Shown here in pieces: positions 54,225 to 63,559 of a stretch of 63,559 bases of DNA. The stretch is from Candidatus Udaeobacter sp. Its GTDB lineage: Bacteria > Verrucomicrobiota > Verrucomicrobiia > Chthoniobacterales > UBA10450. Below the pieces are notes generated by a model that saw only the letters and a list, made by a program, of their open reading frames with translations, searched no databases and had not been told where the DNA came from. Position 1 is the stretch's first letter. Each line of letters starts with the position of its first letter. Where the stretch lies: positions 1 through 63,559 of the forward strand of contig DATDFM010000071.1 of the NCBI GenBank assembly GCA_036522635.1, read 5' to 3'. Both the position numbers and the translations under genes were made by a program.

Positions 54225-54710
54225 CTATGTCAATTTTGCCAGCCGGGAAGAACGGTTCCGCAGCTGCGGCGACGGCCTTGTCCGTTTTCCGAGCCAAATG
54301 TGAATGATCAAAAGCAACGGCAACGCTAATCCCGCTGCCAGATGAATCCAGCTTGCCCACGCACGCAAGCTTTCGCCTCCAGCATAGTAAAGCCCATACC
54401 CGGTGACGGTAAGAATACCGAACACGCCAAGGAACAGCGATCCGTTCCCGCGGTTCCGACGCACGCGCCAAGCAAAACGCACGTGACTGGTGAGAAGCAT
54501 TCCTATCAGCACCAATATCGCCATCGCCGCGCCGCCATGGACCTTCATCGCCCACGCTTTTGCGCTCAACTCGAAATCGCGGGCCTCCGGAACGAAATAA
54601 TTCCAGTATGCCCATGCCGTTCCAGTGAGAAAAAGCAGCGCGAGCACGGCGTAGAGAAAACATCTCTGGAAACGCTTCAATCGAATTGGGTCCGGTCGGG
54701 GGTATCGCAT
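54225..54710 (-). CDS. 4-TM membrane protein with conserved histidines (DUF4405 / cytochrome-b-like)
   Basis: 161 aa. Four hydrophobic helices, each carrying a His (KVHGG, TSHVRF, WIHLAAG, IIHIWLG). 34-nt overlap with the apbE 3' end. The overlapping alternative-frame ORF 54187-54741 was rejected. Confidence 0.6.
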   Translation of the reverse strand: MRYPRPDPIRLKRFQRCFLYAVLALLFLTGTAWAYWNYFVPEARDFELSAKAWAMKVHGGAAMAILVLIGMLLTSHVRFAWRVRRNRGNGSLFLGVFGILTVTGYGLYYAGGESLRAWASWIHLAAGLALPLLLIIHIWLGKRTRPSPQLRNRSSRLAKLT

Positions 54711-55588
54711 GATGAATTAAACCTCCAGGACGCCGCAGCATCGCGTTCCAATATCAGCGCATCTGCGCGGTATTGCTGGAGCAAGCCGGAAGCTCGTTCG
54801 CGTTGGGCAAATACGATTTTCGTCAGCGCATCGGCAACCATGCATTCGGCGGCAGCCACGCTAACGCTGATCAGTTCCCGAGCGGATCGACCGGTGCATC
54901 CGTCTATTAATGGACTCACACACCGTCCGCGATGTCTTCGATGAGAGAAATAGATGCCAGAGGTTGCCATCGCGCGTTCGGCCAGGCGGACCGCACCTGC
55001 CGCGATCGCCGGCTCCGCCGGATGCCGCACATGAATAATTCGTGGTATCGGTCCGAACACGCGCAGGTCGCCGCCAGCGTTGACAATACCTGCCTTGACA
55101 CCGCTCGCTTTCAAGGCAGCTACTGCGCGATCGACTGCGAAACCTTTGGCGATTCCGCCAAGATCGATAACCAATTGTCGACGAAAGAAGACGCGGCAAT
55201 TTTGGCGAAGAAAAATGTCCCGCCATGTTGCGGCGTTATCAGGTTGATGTTGGCATTTGGGAAGATAGCCCCGGCTCGCCAGAAATTGAGCGGTCGCGAT
55301 ATCAAACACTCCGTTGGTTTCTTGAGCAAGATGTTGCGCGGTTTCGAGCACCTTCCAGGTCCACGGGTGGACGATTACGCTTTTTGGAAATGCTTCACGA
55401 TTCATTCGGGAGACGTCGCTATGGGGATCGTGAAAACTCATCAACCGATGTACTTTTTCAATAGCGGCGAATGCCGCGGTGATGGCACGCTCCAAACTGG
55501 CCGAGTTGGTCCCAGAAGTTGCGACTTCCACAAATGTGCCCAGCAATGGTCGACATCGGCGAATTTCGATTTGTCGATTCGTCTTCAC
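54677..55588 (-). CDS. apbE: FAD:protein FMN transferase (ApbE family)
   Basis: 303 aa. RRCRPLLGTFVEV N-terminus, DLGGIAKGFAVDRA and NAGGDLRVFG family motifs. Confidence 0.85.
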   Translation of the reverse strand: MKTNRQIEIRRCRPLLGTFVEVATSGTNSASLERAITAAFAAIEKVHRLMSFHDPHSDVSRMNREAFPKSVIVHPWTWKVLETAQHLAQETNGVFDIATAQFLASRGYLPKCQHQPDNAATWRDIFLRQNCRVFFRRQLVIDLGGIAKGFAVDRAVAALKASGVKAGIVNAGGDLRVFGPIPRIIHVRHPAEPAIAAGAVRLAERAMATSGIYFSHRRHRGRCVSPLIDGCTGRSARELISVSVAAAECMVADALTKIVFAQRERASGLLQQYRADALILERDAAASWRFNSSCDTPDRTQFD

Positions 55589-55595
55589 TCGGCGA

Positions 55596-56123
55596 TCAGT
55601 TGCGTTTCAGCGCGATTTCATAGAACGCGAGAAGACGTTTCACTCCGTCGGTGATGTGGCGGCAACTGAGAGTCGCGCCGCTGATGTTTCTAATATCCCT
55701 GTCCAGTTGCAGCTGCGACTGGCTCGTCTTGCCCACGAATTGAGCGCGCCAGTTTTCATTACGAATTTCGCCTCCATAAGTTTCGCGATAATCCATCACC
55801 TCAATTTGTTTGACCGAGCCATTGGCATTCAGGCCAACTGCATAGGTAATAAACTCGTGTTTGCCTACGACTTCATCGACTATGAACCAGCCGCCACCGT
55901 TGACGCGCCAGACTTGTTGGTCATCGTGCAAGACGCGTACGCCGCTGGCCTTCTCAATGGCTTTGCGTTGAGACGGCGCCAGCTTCACCGGCGCGGCGCT
56001 CAGCGATTTGTTAGGAAAAATCGCGCGCTGCGCCTGATCAACGCTGAGATATTGAACTGCAAAAGTGGATGGAGCGACCAGCGCAGAAATGGGTAAAGCG
56101 ATGAAGGCAAATTCGGATTTCAT
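55596..56123 (-). CDS. Secreted FMN-binding domain protein (probable ApbE substrate)
   Basis: 175 aa. Signal peptide MKSEFAFIALPISALVAPSTFA. Flavinylation-type motif DIRNISGATLSCRHI near the C-terminus. Confidence 0.75.
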   Translation of the reverse strand: MKSEFAFIALPISALVAPSTFAVQYLSVDQAQRAIFPNKSLSAAPVKLAPSQRKAIEKASGVRVLHDDQQVWRVNGGGWFIVDEVVGKHEFITYAVGLNANGSVKQIEVMDYRETYGGEIRNENWRAQFVGKTSQSQLQLDRDIRNISGATLSCRHITDGVKRLLAFYEIALKRN

Positions 56124-56129
56124 CGTGGG

Positions 56130-57041
56130 TTAGAAATTGAAGCCGACCCTTAGCCGCACGTAATATTTCTCGTGCTCGTCACCGAAAATGTAGCCGTCGT
56201 GCGCCGCGAACTCTTTGTTGTCCTGGCTGTAAGCCGACCCGATTGGTAACTGATGAAGGAATCCAAGAGTGGCCCACCAGCGTTCACCGCCATAGTGAAT
56301 CGTCGGTCCCATGAAGTAGGCTGAATGCTCATGGATCGTGGCATCGGCGAATTCGTGATGATTCCAAAATTCCAAACCTCCTGACCAATTGCGCATAAAG
56401 CGGTAGGAGAGTCCGGTGAACCACTCGAACATGCCATCACGCTCGTACTCTCCTTCTTCCTCCTTTTCGTATTCGAGTTCGTAATTAACGTTTAAGGCCC
56501 AAACGAGCCGGTCTTCGAGCCAGTTCTTCTGTAGCAGGATTTTCCATTCCAGCTCCGTTTCCTGATCGCCAATCGCAGGTTCAAAATAAAGTGCGAGACC
56601 AATCGGATCCTTATAAGGACTCAGAAGCCGATAAATCGCTTCGAACGAAACTGATTCAAAGTGATAGCTGTCGAATGGTGTAGCTGGATCGTGGTCCGCA
56701 TGAACATCCTCGCCGCCGGTTTCGTAAACACCACGAAGCCGTCTTTTGGGGTGTAGTGGATCTGCCACCGGCACATCGTTATCCGCATTGACGTAATGAT
56801 GATTCAGATAAAGCGCGATTTGAAAATTATCTGTGACTCCGTATTCGAGCTCTTCGCGAAAATCGAAGACATTGTAGATGCCGTGCTCTTTTTCCCACCG
56901 CGCAGTCATCCATTGCTCAAATTCCCATTTGCCTTTGGGGAGCAAATCGGTGGTGTAAGTCCAGGCGAAGATTGCTTCGTCGGCGCGCGCAACTGAAACA
57001 CAAAACGAAATTGCTGCGATTAATGTGATCCGAACTCTCAT
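56130..57041 (-). CDS. Outer-membrane beta-barrel protein (hypothetical)
   Basis: Start at MRVRITLIAAISFCVSVARA (signal peptide). Alternating amphipathic strands. C-terminal VRLRVGFNF ends in Phe, typical of OM barrels. The ORF-track extension to 57293 overlaps the next gene. Confidence 0.65.
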   Translation of the reverse strand: MRVRITLIAAISFCVSVARADEAIFAWTYTTDLLPKGKWEFEQWMTARWEKEHGIYNVFDFREELEYGVTDNFQIALYLNHHYVNADNDVPVADPLHPKRRLRGVYETGGEDVHADHDPATPFDSYHFESVSFEAIYRLLSPYKDPIGLALYFEPAIGDQETELEWKILLQKNWLEDRLVWALNVNYELEYEKEEEGEYERDGMFEWFTGLSYRFMRNWSGGLEFWNHHEFADATIHEHSAYFMGPTIHYGGERWWATLGFLHQLPIGSAYSQDNKEFAAHDGYIFGDEHEKYYVRLRVGFNF

Positions 57042-57145
57042 CGCCACTATTTCTAGCAACAAGCGATGACTTCTGCTGCCGGACCGTTGCCAATTTTTGA
57101 TGCCGGATTGCAGCACAATCCGGGGCGCCTGACAGCAATACGCCG

Positions 57146-57691
57146 TTAGCTGGACGATTGCGCCTGTTTTTCCGCGTATCTCGCAAGGATCCAGCAAAGA
57201 TCTGAAAGCCGGTTGAGATAACGCAAGATCTCGAAGTTGAAATCTTTTGCTTCGGTGACGGATGCAGTGATGTGCCGCTCGGCCCGGCGACATGTTGTGC
57301 GAGCAAAATCCAACGCAGCAGAAACCGGCGTTGAGCCGGGCACAACCCAGTCTTTGGGATACAGCGATTTATCTTTCTCAAGCTCGAAAACAACCGCGGT
57401 GATCCGATCGACCATCTCAGTGGTCGTGAGAGTAAAGCCATCCTTAGTATAGCGTTCGTGATCGGATGGCGCCGTGGCCAGCTCGCCCATTACGATGATC
57501 AAATCCCTTTGCGCCGCCAGGATTTGATCGGAGAGGAACTTATCGGCCGCAATGGACCGGGCCAAACCAAGCGCGGCGCTCAACTCATCAACGCACCCAT
57601 AGGCCTCCACACGCGGATCGGCTTTCGACAGTCGCCGTCCGTACATCAGCGACGTTTCGCCTTTGTCGCCAGTTTTTGTGACGATAGACAC
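57146..57691 (-). CDS. PduO-type ATP:cob(I)alamin adenosyltransferase
   Basis: IVTKTGDKGETSLMYGRRLSKADPRVEAYGCVDELSAALG signature. GTG start proposed at 57691 (VSIVTKTG). The ORF-track N-terminus up to 57727 is encoded by a repeat element. Confidence 0.85.
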   Translation of the reverse strand: MSIVTKTGDKGETSLMYGRRLSKADPRVEAYGCVDELSAALGLARSIAADKFLSDQILAAQRDLIIVMGELATAPSDHERYTKDGFTLTTTEMVDRITAVVFELEKDKSLYPKDWVVPGSTPVSAALDFARTTCRRAERHITASVTEAKDFNFEILRYLNRLSDLCWILARYAEKQAQSSS

Positions 57692-57701
57692 GAAGCCAAA
57701 C

Positions 57702-57760
57702 TGTAGGGCGTTTCTATGAAACGCCAATTCATGAAAATGGCGTCTGACAGAGGTTCTACA
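57702..57760. repeat. GTAG...CTAC REPIN-like element
   Basis: TGTAG-[GGCGTTT ctatg AAACGCC]...GGCGTCTGACAGAGGTT-CTACA, between the rpoC stop and the adenosyltransferase start. Confidence 0.65.
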
Positions 57761-57767
57761 ATTCGCC

Positions 57768-60700
57768 TTAACCGATCGCGGGTTGCGGCTCGGCTTCTTC
57801 CATCACCGGCGCGCCGACCGGCTCACCTTTTTCCACTAGCTTAAGCTGGCGGTGTTCAGGGAATCCGGTTCCGGCAGGAATTAAGTGACCCATGATCACG
57901 TTTTCCTTAAAGCCGCGCAGTCTATCGATCTTGCCGAGTGTAGCCGCTTCAGTCAGAACACGGGTCGTATCCTGGAACGAAGCTGCAGAAATGAAGCTGT
58001 CGGTTTCCAAGGAAGCCTTGGTGATGCCGAGCAACACCGGAACAGCCTCTGCAGGCTTGCCGCCTTTCTCCACGACCTTCTTGTTCTCTTCTTCGAAGTC
58101 GAGTTTATCAACCTGATCGCCCCAAAGTAACGACGTGTCGCCCGGATCGGTGATCTTCACCTTGCGCAACATTTGGCGCACGATGATCTCAATGTGCTTA
58201 TCGTTGATCTCCACACCCTGAAGCCGATACACCTCCTGTACTTCGTTCACCAGGTGCTCCTGCAACTCCTGCGGACCGCAGACTTCCAAAATCTCGTGCG
58301 GCACAATCGGGCCCTCGGTGAGTTGTTGACCTTTCTTCACGTAATCGCCTTTGAAAACGATGATGTGCTTTGTAAGCGGAATCAGATGCTCTTCTTCAGC
58401 ACCGGTATCCGGGTCCTTTAGAATCAAACTCCGTTTGCCCCGTACGGTTCCGCCCAGCTCTACAATGCCGTCAATCTTCGCGATCTCAGCGGCGTCTTTT
58501 GGCCGACGAGCTTCGAACAATTCCGCAACTCGCGGCAGACCGCCCGTGATATCCTTTGTCTTTGCGACTTTACGTGGGGTCTTCGCAAGCAACGCGCCTG
58601 CGCGCACTTTCTGGCCTTCCTCGACAATGACGTGAGCGCCGGCGGGAATTGAATAGCTCGCGAGCAATTCCTTTTTGTCATCAACGATCACCACCTGGGG
58701 ATGCAGATCTTCCTTGTGCTCGATCACCATGGTGCCCATGAGACCAGTCGCTTCGTCGACTTCGCGTTTGATGGTCACTCCCGCGATCATGTCGCGGAAT
58801 TCGATCTTGCCGCCTTTGTCGGTAAGGATCGGCACGTTGTATGGATCCCATTGCACGAAGGTTTCGCCCTTCTTCACACTGGCGCCGTCTTCCCTGGAAA
58901 TCACTGAGCCGATAACAACGTTGTAACGCTCCAGTTCGCGGCCCTCATCGTTATTTACGCTGATGGAGCCGTTTTTATTCAACACGATCCAACTTCCGTC
59001 GAGCGCCTGCACGGTGCGCAAATCATTGAACTGCACTGTGCCGTCGTTCTTCGCTTTAATAATCGGCTGTTTAAATGTCTGGCTGGCCGTTCCTCCAATG
59101 TGGAACGTGCGCATCGTTAGCTGCGTTCCCGGCTCACCGATGGACTGCGCGGCAATGATGCCGACAGCTTCACCGAGTTTGACGAAATCACCGGTGGCCA
59201 GATTGCGACCGTAGCACTTTGCGCAAACGCCGCGCCCGCACTCGCAGGTAAGCACCGAGCGGATCTTCAGTTGTTCGACACCTATGCGTTGTAAATCGGC
59301 TGCGATCTTCTCGTCGATGTATTGGTTTGCCTTGACGATTTTTTTCTTCTTGTCGACCGGATCGGCGATTGTTTCGCAACTCACACGCCCGATGATGCGC
59401 TGACCGAGATCGACGACTTCTTCATCGCCTTCATAAATCGAGCGAACCACGATTCCGTTTACGGTACCACAATCGTCCAAAACGATGATCACATCTTGCG
59501 CCGCATCCACGAGTTTGCGGGTGAGATAACCGGAGTCGGCGGTTTTTAGCGCCGTATCAGCAAGACCTTTGCGCGCCCCGTGAGTGGAAATGAAGTACTC
59601 CAACACGGTCAGTCCTTCACGGAAATTTGAGGTAATCGGACGCTCGATGATTTCGCCGCTTGGTTTGGCCATCAAACCGCGCATGCCGGCGAGCTGCCGC
59701 ACTTGCTGGCGATTGCCGCGCGCACCTGAATCGACCATCAAATGAATCGGATTGAACTCCTTGCGATCCTGGTTTTCCTCGATCTCGCGGAACATGACGT
59801 TGGAGATTTGATCACCCGCGTGTGTCCAGATATCGATGATTTTGTTGTACCGTTCTCCGTCGGTGATAATGCCGCGGCGATACTGCTGGTCGACCTGTTT
59901 GACTTGCTTGTACGCATTCTCCAACTCGGATTCTTTCCGCTTGGGAATGATCATGTCCTCGATACCAATCGAGATGCCCGCCCGAGTAGCTTCCTTAAAC
60001 CCGAGTTCTTTCAGTTTATCGAGTGTCTCGACCGTAACTGATGGACCGGCGATCTGATAGCAACGCCAGATGATGTCGCTCAGTTGTTTCTTGCCCGCGG
60101 CTTTATTGAAGAAACCAAGTTCTTTCGGCCAAATCTGATTAAAAATGACGCGACCGGCTGTGGTCTCGATTACCGTGGCGTCGGGATTTCCAAGGTTAGT
60201 TTGCCGCCCTCGATCGGGGTTCTTAAATAAAATCCGATCGTGCGTTTTGATCGTGCCCTCAATCATCGCGAATTCAACTTCTGACGCATCCGCAAACAGA
60301 GGCAGATGGCGACCATCTTTCTTTGGCGCCCGCGGATTTTGCGTGATGTAATAGCAGCCCAGGGTGATGTCCTGGCTTGGCGTGGTGATCGGCTTACCGC
60401 TCGAAGGCGAGAAAATATTATTCGGGGCGAGCATCAGCATCCGCGCTTCCAACTGCGCTTCAACCGACAACGGCACGTGCACTGCCATTTGGTCGCCGTC
60501 AAAGTCGGCATTGTAAGCAGTACAAACGAGCGGATGAATCCGAATGGCTTCACCCTCGATCAACTGTGGTTCGAATGCTTGGATCGAAAGGCGGTGCAAA
60601 GTCGGCGCACGATTCAGGAGCACCGGATGTCCTCTCGTTACTTCGTCGAGAATATCCCATACTTCGGGTGTTTGACGCTCGATCATCTTCTTCGCACTGC

Positions 60701-61886
60701 GCACCGTGTGGACGTACCCAAGATCTTTCAATCGACGAATGATGAACGGTTCGAAAAGAACCAATGCCATCTTCTTAGGAAGACCGCACTGGTTCAGCTT
60801 TAGCTCAGGGCCAATGACAATCACCGAACGGCCCGAGTAATCGACGCGTTTGCCTAACAAATTCTGACGGAATCGGCCGCCTTTTCCTTTGAGCATGTCG
60901 CTCAGCGATTTGAGTGGACGATTACCGGCGCCGGTGACGGCACGACCGTGCCTGCCGTTATCGAACAAAGCATCCACCGCTTCCTGCAACATGCGTTTCT
61001 CGTTTCGGATGATGACATCCGGCGTCTTCAGCATGAGCAGATTCTTGAGCCGGTTGTTGCGATTGATGACGCGACGATAAAGATCGTTCAGATCGGACGT
61101 AGCAAAGCGTCCACCTTCCAAAGGCACCAGGGGACGCAAATCCGGTGGAATTACCGGCAGCACCTCGAGAATCATCCACTCGGGTCGTGCGCGCGAACTC
61201 TGGAAACCTTGAACGAGCTTGAGGCGTTTCGCTAGTTTCTTGCGAATCTGCTTGCTCTTTGTCGCACCCATTGCCTTCTCCAGCTCTTTGTTAAGCTTGT
61301 TGAGGTCGATCTCGGAGAGAAGTTTCTTAATCGCTTCAGCCCCCATTCCGGCGACAAAATCTTCACCGTATTGTTCCTGCGCTTCGCGGTATTCGACTTC
61401 GTTCAGCAATTGTGTTTTCTGCAACGGCGTTTTGCCGGGATCGATGACAATATAGTCCTCGTAGTAAATCACCCGCTCAAGCTGACGCGCGCTCATGTCC
61501 AGCATGAGCCCGATGCGTGAAGGCATACATTTGTAGAACCAGATGTGCGAAACCGGTACCGCCAGCTCTATGTGCCCCATCCGTTCACGACGAACACGCG
61601 CCAGCGTGACTTCCACACCGCAACGGTCGCAGATCACCCCTTTATGTTTAATGCGCTTGTATTTTCCGCATGAACACTCCCAGTCACGGGTCGGACCAAA
61701 AATTCGTTCGCAGAAGAGTCCGCCCTTCTCCGGTTTGAAAGTGCGATAATTAATTGTCTCCGGGTTTTTGACTTCACCTTTGCTCCAAGAGCGCATGGTA
61801 TCGCTCGAGGCGATACCAATTGCGACTTGATCAAAACCGACTGGGCGTTCTTCGCCCACTAACTCACGCCAGGAATGTTCGTTCAT
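57768..61886 (-). CDS. rpoC: DNA-directed RNA polymerase subunit beta'
   Basis: 1372 aa. Zinc-binding CSCGKYK...CDRCGVEV and catalytic NADFDGDQM. Confidence 0.98.
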   Translation of the reverse strand: MNEHSWRELVGEERPVGFDQVAIGIASSDTMRSWSKGEVKNPETINYRTFKPEKGGLFCERIFGPTRDWECSCGKYKRIKHKGVICDRCGVEVTLARVRRERMGHIELAVPVSHIWFYKCMPSRIGLMLDMSARQLERVIYYEDYIVIDPGKTPLQKTQLLNEVEYREAQEQYGEDFVAGMGAEAIKKLLSEIDLNKLNKELEKAMGATKSKQIRKKLAKRLKLVQGFQSSRARPEWMILEVLPVIPPDLRPLVPLEGGRFATSDLNDLYRRVINRNNRLKNLLMLKTPDVIIRNEKRMLQEAVDALFDNGRHGRAVTGAGNRPLKSLSDMLKGKGGRFRQNLLGKRVDYSGRSVIVIGPELKLNQCGLPKKMALVLFEPFIIRRLKDLGYVHTVRSAKKMIERQTPEVWDILDEVTRGHPVLLNRAPTLHRLSIQAFEPQLIEGEAIRIHPLVCTAYNADFDGDQMAVHVPLSVEAQLEARMLMLAPNNIFSPSSGKPITTPSQDITLGCYYITQNPRAPKKDGRHLPLFADASEVEFAMIEGTIKTHDRILFKNPDRGRQTNLGNPDATVIETTAGRVIFNQIWPKELGFFNKAAGKKQLSDIIWRCYQIAGPSVTVETLDKLKELGFKEATRAGISIGIEDMIIPKRKESELENAYKQVKQVDQQYRRGIITDGERYNKIIDIWTHAGDQISNVMFREIEENQDRKEFNPIHLMVDSGARGNRQQVRQLAGMRGLMAKPSGEIIERPITSNFREGLTVLEYFISTHGARKGLADTALKTADSGYLTRKLVDAAQDVIIVLDDCGTVNGIVVRSIYEGDEEVVDLGQRIIGRVSCETIADPVDKKKKIVKANQYIDEKIAADLQRIGVEQLKIRSVLTCECGRGVCAKCYGRNLATGDFVKLGEAVGIIAAQSIGEPGTQLTMRTFHIGGTASQTFKQPIIKAKNDGTVQFNDLRTVQALDGSWIVLNKNGSISVNNDEGRELERYNVVIGSVISREDGASVKKGETFVQWDPYNVPILTDKGGKIEFRDMIAGVTIKREVDEATGLMGTMVIEHKEDLHPQVVIVDDKKELLASYSIPAGAHVIVEEGQKVRAGALLAKTPRKVAKTKDITGGLPRVAELFEARRPKDAAEIAKIDGIVELGGTVRGKRSLILKDPDTGAEEEHLIPLTKHIIVFKGDYVKKGQQLTEGPIVPHEILEVCGPQELQEHLVNEVQEVYRLQGVEINDKHIEIIVRQMLRKVKITDPGDTSLLWGDQVDKLDFEEENKKVVEKGGKPAEAVPVLLGITKASLETDSFISAASFQDTTRVLTEAATLGKIDRLRGFKENVIMGHLIPAGTGFPEHRQLKLVEKGEPVGAPVMEEAEPQPAIG

Positions 61887-61918
61887 GATGTCTCCGATTA
61901 AGTGTGTGAAACTAAAAT

Positions 61919-63559
61919 TTAAGCGACGCTCTCCATAAAGGTGGGCGCCTGACTGCCGACCTTCACGTCGAGACCAAGGCTCTGCATTTCCTTGATCAAC
62001 ACGTTGAAGGATTCCGGCGTTCCCGCTTCGAGCGAATTGTCGCCCTTAACGATTGACTCGTAGATGCGCGTCCGGCCCTGCACGTCGTCGGATTTCACTG
62101 TCAGCAATTCCTGCAACGTGTAGGCAGCGCCGTAAGCTTCCAGCGCCCAGACCTCCATTTCGCCAAAGCGTTGGCCGCCATATTGCGCCTTTCCGCCTAG
62201 CGGCTGCTGAGTAACCAGCGAATACGGTCCCACCGCCCGCGCGTGAATTTTGTCCGCCACGAGATGGCCAAGCTTCATCATGTAGATGTGACCAACCACG
62301 ACTTCCTGATCGAATGGATCGCCAGTGCGACCATCGAACAGACGCGCTTTTCCGTTTTCTTGGACCCACGTAAAACCTTCCTTCTTTCTGGCCTGATTCA
62401 GGTAATCGCGGATTTGCTTTTCCTTGATTCCGTCGAAGACGGGGGTGGCCACCCTGAATCCAAGTGCTTTGGCAGCAACACCGAGGTGGGTTTCCAAAAC
62501 TTGTCCGACATTCATACGGCTCGGAACGCCTAATGGATTAAGCACGATGTCGACTGGAGTTCCGTCTGGCAGGAACGGCATGTCTTCCTCGGGCACGATG
62601 CGCGCCACAACGCCTTTGTTCCCGTGACGGCCCGCCATTTTGTCGCCAACACTCAGCTTGCGCTTGCTGGCAATGTAAACTTTGACTTGCTTTATGATCC
62701 CGGGTTCGATCTCCTCGCCGCTTTCGACGCGGTCCGTGGCGCGATCTCGTTCGAGCTCCAGCTCGGCAAACTTATGTTCGTATCCGCCAATGATTTCCCG
62801 GATCCGGTTCCGAATCGGGCTCGGATCGATTTCGATGTGATCGTGAGCTGTCGCCAGTTTTCGCAAAAGCGTTTTCGTGATCTTGCGATTGGCCGGGATG
62901 ATGATTTCACCGCTCTTGGCGTTTACCACGTCGAGAGGAATTTTTTCGCCCAACAGGACGTTGGAAAGTGAATCGGTGAGCTGCTCAATGAGTCCATCTC
63001 TCTTACGCTTATGGTCTTCTCCGATGCTCTTGAGCTGTCGTTTGGTTTCGGCGGGAGTGAGTTTCTCTCGCGAAACTTCGCGACGGGATGACACCTTCAC
63101 ATCCATCACGATTCCGTAGGTGCCGGATGGGACTGTGAGAGACGTGTCTTTTACGTCGGCGGCTTTCTCGCCAAAGATGGCCCGAAGTAGCCGCTCTTCC
63201 GGAGCCAGTTCCGTCTCGCTCTTTGGCGTGATTTTCCCAACTAAAATATCGCCGGGCTTCACCTCCGCACCGACCCGCACGACTCCGTCCGGACCGAGGT
63301 TGCGCAAAGCTTCTTCGCTTACGTTGGGGATGTCGCGCGTAATTTCCTCGGGACCGAGCTTTGTATCGCGCGCACCGATCTCGAACTCATCGATGTGAAT
63401 GGAAGTGTAAATGTCTTCCTTCACTGTCTTCTCCGAGATCATTATGGCGTCCTCGAAGTTGTAGCCGTTCCACGGCATGAACGCGACGAGCACGTTGCGA
63501 CCAAGCGCCAGCTCTCCGCGATCAGTGTTCGGCCCATCGGCGATAACCTGGCCGCGCTT
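61919..63559 (-). CDS. rpoB: DNA-directed RNA polymerase subunit beta (C-terminal part; gene continues beyond the right window edge)
   Basis: The frame stays open to 63559 (own translation ...[39 protein letters not shown]...). Conserved [14 protein letters not shown] and [35 protein letters not shown]. Confidence 0.97.
   Translation of the reverse strand, partial: KRGQVIADGPNTDRGELALGRNVLVAFMPWNGYNFEDAIMISEKTVKEDIYTSIHIDEFEIGARDTKLGPEEITRDIPNVSEEALRNLGPDGVVRVGAEVKPGDILVGKITPKSETELAPEERLLRAIFGEKAADVKDTSLTVPSGTYGIVMDVKVSSRREVSREKLTPAETKRQLKSIGEDHKRKRDGLIEQLTDSLSNVLLGEKIPLDVVNAKSGEIIIPANRKITKTLLRKLATAHDHIEIDPSPIRNRIREIIGGYEHKFAELELERDRATDRVESGEEIEPGIIKQVKVYIASKRKLSVGDKMAGRHGNKGVVARIVPEEDMPFLPDGTPVDIVLNPLGVPSRMNVGQVLETHLGVAAKALGFRVATPVFDGIKEKQIRDYLNQARKKEGFTWVQENGKARLFDGRTGDPFDQEVVVGHIYMMKLGHLVADKIHARAVGPYSLVTQQPLGGKAQYGGQRFGEMEVWALEAYGAAYTLQELLTVKSDDVQGRTRIYESIVKGDNSLEAGTPESFNVLIKEMQSLGLDVKVGSQAPTFMESVA

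Noticed and set aside
54187-54741. 184-aa ORF overlapping the 4-TM gene in another frame
   Set aside because: Its translation is Arg/Gly-rich and unstructured-looking. The 54225-54710 frame gives four clean TM helices.
57692-57727. N-terminal extension (MAFHRNALQFGF) of the adenosyltransferase ORF
   Set aside because: It is encoded by the repeat element at 57702-57760 and begins with a TTG. GTG at 57691 gives the family-typical xxIVTKTGDKGETS start.
57768-63559. Many 60-165-aa ORFs antisense to, or out of frame with, rpoC and rpoB
   Set aside because: They lie fully inside highly conserved, unambiguous coding sequence and have low-complexity Arg/Ser/Leu-rich translations typical of shadow ORFs. 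The same reasoning applies to the shadow ORFs inside putA, shc, hpnH, the M3 peptidase (for example 23497-24379), the LMF-like gene (12661-13239), ligD and the GDE-like gene.

Overview
This is a gene-dense chromosomal segment from a diderm bacterium. It holds about 60 protein genes, most on the minus strand, and most are housekeeping.

Main content:
- Core genes: rpoB (partial)-rpoC, rpsB-tsf, tyrS, purS/purQ, thrB, lpxK, a LolC/E-type permease, dapL, an Fe/Mn superoxide dismutase, the hopanoid genes shc and hpnH, putA, a threonine aldolase, a DsbD/ScsB-type reductase and an M3 peptidase.
- A split NHEJ LigD: a stand-alone polymerase domain at 36.9 kb and a phosphoesterase+ligase gene at 49.0-50.8 kb.
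- A glycogen-debranching-like/GT4 pair, plus several TPR, cupin and lipoprotein genes.

The gene content (DapL pathway, hopanoids, many TPR proteins and lipoproteins) fits a PVC/Verrucomicrobia-like soil organism, but that is only a guess. I saw no rRNA, CRISPR array, transposase, integrase or recognisable defence system.

The one clearly accessory-looking spot is 13.35-13.91 kb:
- It has a single intact tRNA(CAU).
- Around it lie three fragments of a tRNA-like paralogue whose anticodon arm is replaced by a long hairpin.
- An 80-aa GIY-YIG nuclease ORF is wedged directly behind the tRNA and is bounded by a perfect 36-bp direct repeat.

Other points worth a second look:
- Two families of structured intergenic repeats that show compensatory stem changes: GTAG...CTAC REPIN-like elements, and GTCATTCTGAGCG-type elements clustered around tandem cupin genes.
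- A 34-codon bS22-like micro-ORF that is missing from the ORF track.
- A PlsC-alpha/beta-hydrolase fusion convergent with a lipase-maturation-factor homologue + SGNH hydrolase pair.
- An OMP / FMN-binding / ApbE / 4-TM operon.
- A Pmp3 proteolipid gene translationally coupled inside purS-purQ.

All calls rest on reading the translations and the DNA by eye. No database search was run.
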